From positions 116,190,001 through 116,254,000 of the forward strand of contig NC_086107.1 of assembly GCF_963921235.1 (NCBI RefSeq): a stretch of 64,000 bases of DNA, in the 5' to 3' direction. The notes below the pieces were generated by a model that saw only the letters and a list, made by a program, of their open reading frames with translations, had not been told where the DNA came from and made no database searches. This DNA is from Mobula hypostoma (taxonomy: Eukaryota). Position 1 is the stretch's first letter. Each line of letters opens with the position of its first letter. Both the position numbers and the translations under genes were made by a program. Below, piece by piece: positions 59,222-64,000 of the stretch.

Positions 59222-59424
59222 GGAACGTTCCAGAATGCCAGCCAGCAGCTGGTGCTTGGGAAAAGGTTAGTGGTGCAAGGGGAGAAGGTCAGAAATGGAC
59301 ACCGTCTACCCTCCCCCTGGGCCCCTATAAAAGACAGGACAGACAGTGCCGGATTCACCTTGCACGTCGGTCCCACCCCGCCGCCCTCTCGCAGACGCAA
59401 GCAGACTCGCCGGGCACAGTAAGT
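59222..59424 (+). promoter_or_regulatory. Candidate TATA promoter with a perfect heat-shock element and a short non-coding first exon
   Basis: gGAAcgTTCcaGAAt at 59222-59236; CAGCTG E-box; TATAAAAG at 59326; donor GTAAGT at 59419. Confidence 0.6.
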
Positions 59425-59754
59425 CTACCATCACGTCAGCCTTCCTTTGCCAGACCAGAGTTATCTCCAGTGTCCCTCAGGAGATGTGTTGCTTTGCAAC
59501 AGCAGTACTGTGTGAGAGATTAAAATGTTTATTAATATGAAATTAATGTGAGTTAATTAACAACCCTAACGAGGGTGTTGCTGGAACTCCAGTTATAGGG
59601 AAAGGTTGAATATGTCGGAAAGCTGCGTCATGATTCTTTCCTATACCCTTTATTTCTTTTATATTTTTATTGTAACTGTAGTAAGAATGGTTCAGCAGCA
59701 ACAGGTATCCACAGACAAAGGGAGCACTGTACACGTGTTAAAGGCTACATTGTG

Positions 59755-60845
59755 AAGTGGTTCACTTTGGAAGGCTGAACCTGAAGGCATTCTCAGCAGT
59801 ATGAAGGAACAGAGTGATCCTGGGATTCACGTCCATAGCCTTGTCAAAATGGTCACACAGATTCAGTCCTGATGAAGGGTCTCAGCCCGAAGTGTCGACT
59901 GTTTACTCTTTTGCATAGATGCTGCCTTGCCTGCTGAGTTCTCCAGCATTTTGTATGTGATGCAAGTTGATAGGGTGTTTAAGAAGGCTTATCGTGTGCT
60001 GGCCTTCATTAATCAGGGGATTGAGTTCAAGGTAATGTTGCAGCTCTATAAAACCCTGGTCAGACCACACTTGGAATATTGTGTTCAGTTCTGGTCTCCT
60101 CATTATAGGAAGGATGTGGAAGCTTTAGAGAGAGCACAGAGGAGATTCACCAGGATGCTGCCTGGATTAGAGAGGGTGCAGAGGAGATTCACCAGGATGC
60201 TGTCTGTATTAGAGAGAGCACAGAGGAGATTCACCAGGATGCTGCCTGGACTAGAGAAGGTGCAGAGGAGATTCAGCAGGATGCTGTCTGTATTAGAGAG
60301 GGTGCGGAGGAGATTTACCAGGATGTTGCCTGGATCAGAGAGGGTGCAGAGGAAATTCACCAGGATGCTGCCTGGACTAGAGAAGGTGCAGAGATTTACC
60401 AGGATGCTGCCTGGATTAAAAAAGCATGTCTGATAGGGAGTGGTTAAGCAAACTAGGGCTTTTCTCTTTGGGGTGAAGGTGAATGAGAGAAGATTTGATA
60501 GATGCGTATAAGTTATAAGAGCCATAAATAGAGTGGACACTTATAGAGACTTTCCCTGGGCAAAAAGAGCTAATACAAGGGGGCATAATTTTAAGATGAT
60601 TGGAGGAAAGTATAAGGGGAATGTCAGAGATGGTTGTTTTACACAGTGAATGGTGGTTGTGTGGAATACACTGCCAAGGGTGGTAGTAAAGGCAACTACA
60701 TTCAGGACAGTCAAGAAAATCATCATGGATGAAAGAAAAATATTGGATTATGTGGAAGGGAAGGGTTAGATTGATCTTGGAGTTAAGAGGTCAGCACAAT
60801 ATTGTTTGCAGAGGGACCTGTACTGTGCTATATTGTTCTATGTCC
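59755..60845 (+). mobile_element. CR1 3' fragment containing a second 42-bp array (~60125-60418, ~7 copies)
   Basis: YKTLVRPHLEYCVQFWSPHYRKDVEALER(VQRRFTRMLPGLE)n. Confidence 0.9.
59861..59960 (+). mobile_element. ~100-bp Penelope pLTR fragment inserted in CR1
   Basis: cagtcctgatgaagggtctcagcccgaagtgtcgactg... Confidence 0.78.
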
Positions 60846-61919
60846 TAAGAAATTACTTTATCAGAGAAACATAAAGAATAAGACCAAAAGAAAAATGGTT
60901 AATGAATTAGTAAATGAGGTAAAATAATATTTATCAACCAATCACTGAACCACGTCACACGACACACATCTGTCCAGCAGCCCGTCCAGTTTCTCTCTGC
61001 TCTCTTTTCTGTACTCCTCTCTCTCCTCCTCTCCTCTCCCCCAAGCCCACTCTTCAGCTCCATCAGTCACAACCTAAGCTCAATTTCCCATTTGCACCAA
61101 GATGGTGGTGCTCTTTATACTCTTCAGAGCTCGAACCTTGTCGTTACCGCAGCACTTTTCCATGTTGTAGTGACACCAGCTATATCATGGTATCTATCGT
61201 GACATTCAGACGAGGTACCTCATAGCAGGCTTACCAGGAAGGAAACAGATTCGTCCAGTGTATTTCGAAACCTACTGTGAAACACGTTATTTGCATTCAA
61301 ACCAAAGTGCTGGGGGCAGTCTGCAAGAGTTGCCACACATTCTACCACCGACGTAACTCAGCCACCACGTTCAGCAGAACAACAAAACTCATTTCCCAAT
61401 CTCCCACCCACTCACACAGACGAATCTCCCAACAACCCCTCCCGGCTTCCGACCTCCAGTCCTTGGTTGAGTACATTATCCTTCAGCACTGTACGTGTAA
61501 CACATCGAGGAGGAATTTCCTTAGCCAGACGGTGCTGAAGCTGAGAATTCCTTGTCACAGACAGCAGTGTAGGCCAAGTCGTTGGCTATATTTAAAGCAG
61601 AGATTGATAGGTGCTTGATTAGCTAGGGCATCAAAGGTTACGGGGAGAAGGCAGGATAATAAATCAGCCATGATGGAATGGCGCAGCAGACTCGATGGGC
61701 CAAGTGGCCTAATTCTGCTCCTGTATCATTTGGTCTGGTCTTATTCTAAGATGACACCATTTTGTCTTACAAACTTCAATTTAGGATTATATCGAGGAGA
61801 GATCAAATGTAACACTTTCCTCACAGTAACTTATTGGCTTATAATCCTTTTTAATGTCTTGCACTGTACTGCTCCCACAAAACCACACATTTCACAACAT
61901 TTCTCAGTGATAATAAACT

Positions 61920-62370
61920 TTGAAGGCGTGTAGAGAAAATTTACAAACATGTTGCTAGGTCTCGAGGACCTGAGTTATAAGAAAAGATTGAATAGGTTAG
62001 GACTTTATTCCTTAGAACCATAGAAGAATGAGAGGGGGTTTGATATAGGCATACAAAATTATGAGGGGTAGAGATGGCGTAAATGCAAGCCGGTTTTTTC
62101 CACTGAGGTTGGGTGGGACTACAATTAGAGGCCATAGGTTAAGGGTGAAAGATGAAAAGTTTAAAGGGAACTTGAGGGAGACTTCTTCACTCAGAGGTGG
62201 TGAGTGTGTGGAATAAGCTGCCAGCAGAAATAGTGGATGTGAGCTCAATTTGAACATTTAAGAGAAGTTTGGATAGCAACATGGATGTGAGGGCTATGGT
62301 CAACGTATCGGTCAGCACGGACTAGATGGGCTGAAGGGTCTATTTCTGTGTTGTAGTGTTCCATGACTCT
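61920..62370 (+). mobile_element. CR1 3' fragment
   Basis: Same 3' type as 29745-29997 and 32001-32330. Confidence 0.8.
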
Positions 62371-62984
62371 ATCACACCCTCCCTTCCCTACACCCTGTCT
62401 CTGTCGCCCTCTCCCTCCCCTACACCCTGCTCATCTGTCACCTCTTCCCTTCCAGTGTCCATCAGCCCTCCCTCCCCTACATCCCTCACTGTCTCTCTGT
62501 CACCCCTCTCCTCCCCGCCGCCATCAGCCCTCCGTGTCTCCGTCACCCCCCACCAAACACCTCTGTGTCCGTCCCCCCTCGCTGTGTTCATCTGCTCTCT
62601 CCGTGTCTCTGTCACCCCCTCCCCATCTCCGTCCGTGCCTTCCTCCCCCTTTCGCCTGGCCCTGTGGGTGTCGGGTGTCGGCTGTCGGCTTGACCTTTGC
62701 GCACTTGCCAGGAATGAGACGGTTAACAGCTGCCGGCTGATCCCACATTCCGGCTGTTGGCTCCACCTCGGATCACAGGCGTGTGTCAGCACAATCGCAA
62801 GCTCACCAAGGTCACCTCAGGGGTCGGGGTACGGGGGCAGAGGGAAAGGAGGGTGGACGGGGAGCTCTGTGTTCAGCCTCACCTAATTGTACAGAGAACC
62901 ATCTCTCAGCCACTGAGACCCCCCCCCCGGGAAATCCCGACCGCCCCCTCCCCAGGGAGGTCCCGGCAGAGCGGTTCTGAGCCG

Positions 62985-63400
62985 TCCCTGCCCTGCCCCT
63001 GCCCTGCCCTGCCCCTGCCCCTGCCCCTGCCTTCCCCTGCCCCGCCCCTACCCTGCCCCTACCCCTGACCCTGCCCTTGCCCCTGCCTTCCCCTGCCCCT
63101 ACCCCTGACTTCCCCTGCCCCTACCCCTGCCCTTGCCCCTGCCCCGCCCCTACCCCTGCCCCGTCCCTACCCCTGCCCCGTCCCTACCCCGCCCCTACCC
63201 CTGCCCCGTCCCTACCCCTGCCCCGTCCCTACCCCTGCTCCTGCCCTCCCCTGCCCCGCCCCGCCCCTACCCCTGCCCCGCCCCGCCCCTACCCCTGCCC
63301 TGCCCCTGCCCCTGACCCTGTCCTTGCCCCTGCCTTCCCCTGCCCCTAACCGTGCCCTTGCCCCTGCCTTCCCCTGCCCCTGCCCCTGCCCCGCCCCTGC
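62985..63400. repeat. (CCCCTG/CCCCTA)n hexamer repeat; G-quadruplex-prone on the minus strand
   Basis: About 400 bp of CCCC-NN units. Confidence 0.92.
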
Positions 63401-63429
63401 CTCTCCCATCTCCCCAGCCCCCACCCCGA

Positions 63430-64000
63430 GAGGGTTTTGCCGCAGTGTGGCTGCGCCTTTAAGAGGATCTCCGCAGTGTGCACTTCTGACGTCATGTGTA
63501 TCTGAGCCCGGTCACGTAGAGGGAGGAGGGACGGAGGGAGGAGGGAGGAGGGACGGAGGGAGGAGGGAGGAGGGACGGAGGGAGGGCTCTGCTCTGCTCT
63601 GCTCTGATCCGGCTCTCATTGCACACGGGAACGTCAGCGGGGACGGAAGCAAGAGGCAGGAGCAGCCGACACGGTAGGGAGGGGTGGGAGAGAGGATAGG
63701 TGAGGGTAGGTGGGTGAGTGGGGAGGGAGGGAGGGAGGGACATGCAGAGGGACACACACACACACACACACACACGCGAGGACACATGTAATACAGACTG
63801 GGACAGTCCCCACCCGGCCGCTCGGTGAGCGGGGAGATGCGGATTCGGAAGGGGGTGCCGGGGGCCCTGAGGCCTCTGATCTCTCCGGGCCCCGGTTCCA
63901 TGATACGAAACTTCCCGTCCGCATCTCCCTCTCCGAGCTCACTCTTGCGTGAAGGTGATTAGGCTGATCTTCGGTTTCTCCTCGTCCACGTCCGGCGTGT
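63430..64000 (+). promoter_or_regulatory. CpG-rich promoter or first-exon candidate of a downstream gene outside the window
   Basis: TGACGTCA at 63487-63494; CACGTA (TACGTG HRE on the minus strand) at 63513; possible donor G|GTAGGG at 63674; high CpG content. Confidence 0.55.

Noticed and set aside
60850..61260. Possible solo LTR
   Set aside because: No clear TG...CA termini or TSD could be identified by eye

Overview
Eukaryotic (vertebrate) genomic DNA, most likely a cartilaginous fish (inferred from the CR1/Rex1/L1/Penelope/Tc1/Gmr1 repeat mix), from a GC-rich region dense in repeats and minisatellites. Two spliced host genes can be rebuilt with canonical GT-AG, phase-compatible exons. (1) A divergent TEX14-like ankyrin gene on the minus strand has 5 coding exons (13893->868) and continues past the left edge. 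(2) A complete 10-exon GDPD3 (lysophospholipase D, 321 aa) lies on the plus strand (33859-45297). TEX14 is linked to GDPD1 in human, so a TEX14-like gene beside GDPD3 suggests a retained second TEX14 paralogue (ohnologue); this is the main finding. Between the genes lies a nest of mobile elements. A Tc1 transposon with both TIRs and TA TSDs carries a CR1, a Rex1 derivative and a SCAN-domain Gmr1-type LTR element, and next to it an old CR1 has been hit by three younger LINEs. Downstream are a BED-finger hAT relic, Penelope repeats with minimal hammerhead ribozymes, a YY1-motif CpG island and CR1-derived minisatellites. Near the right end are two candidate promoters or non-coding first exons (HSE+TATA; CRE+HRE) of a gene whose coding part lies outside the window. 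Protein comparisons are from memory of the human sequences, not from database searches, and boundaries of old repeats are approximate.
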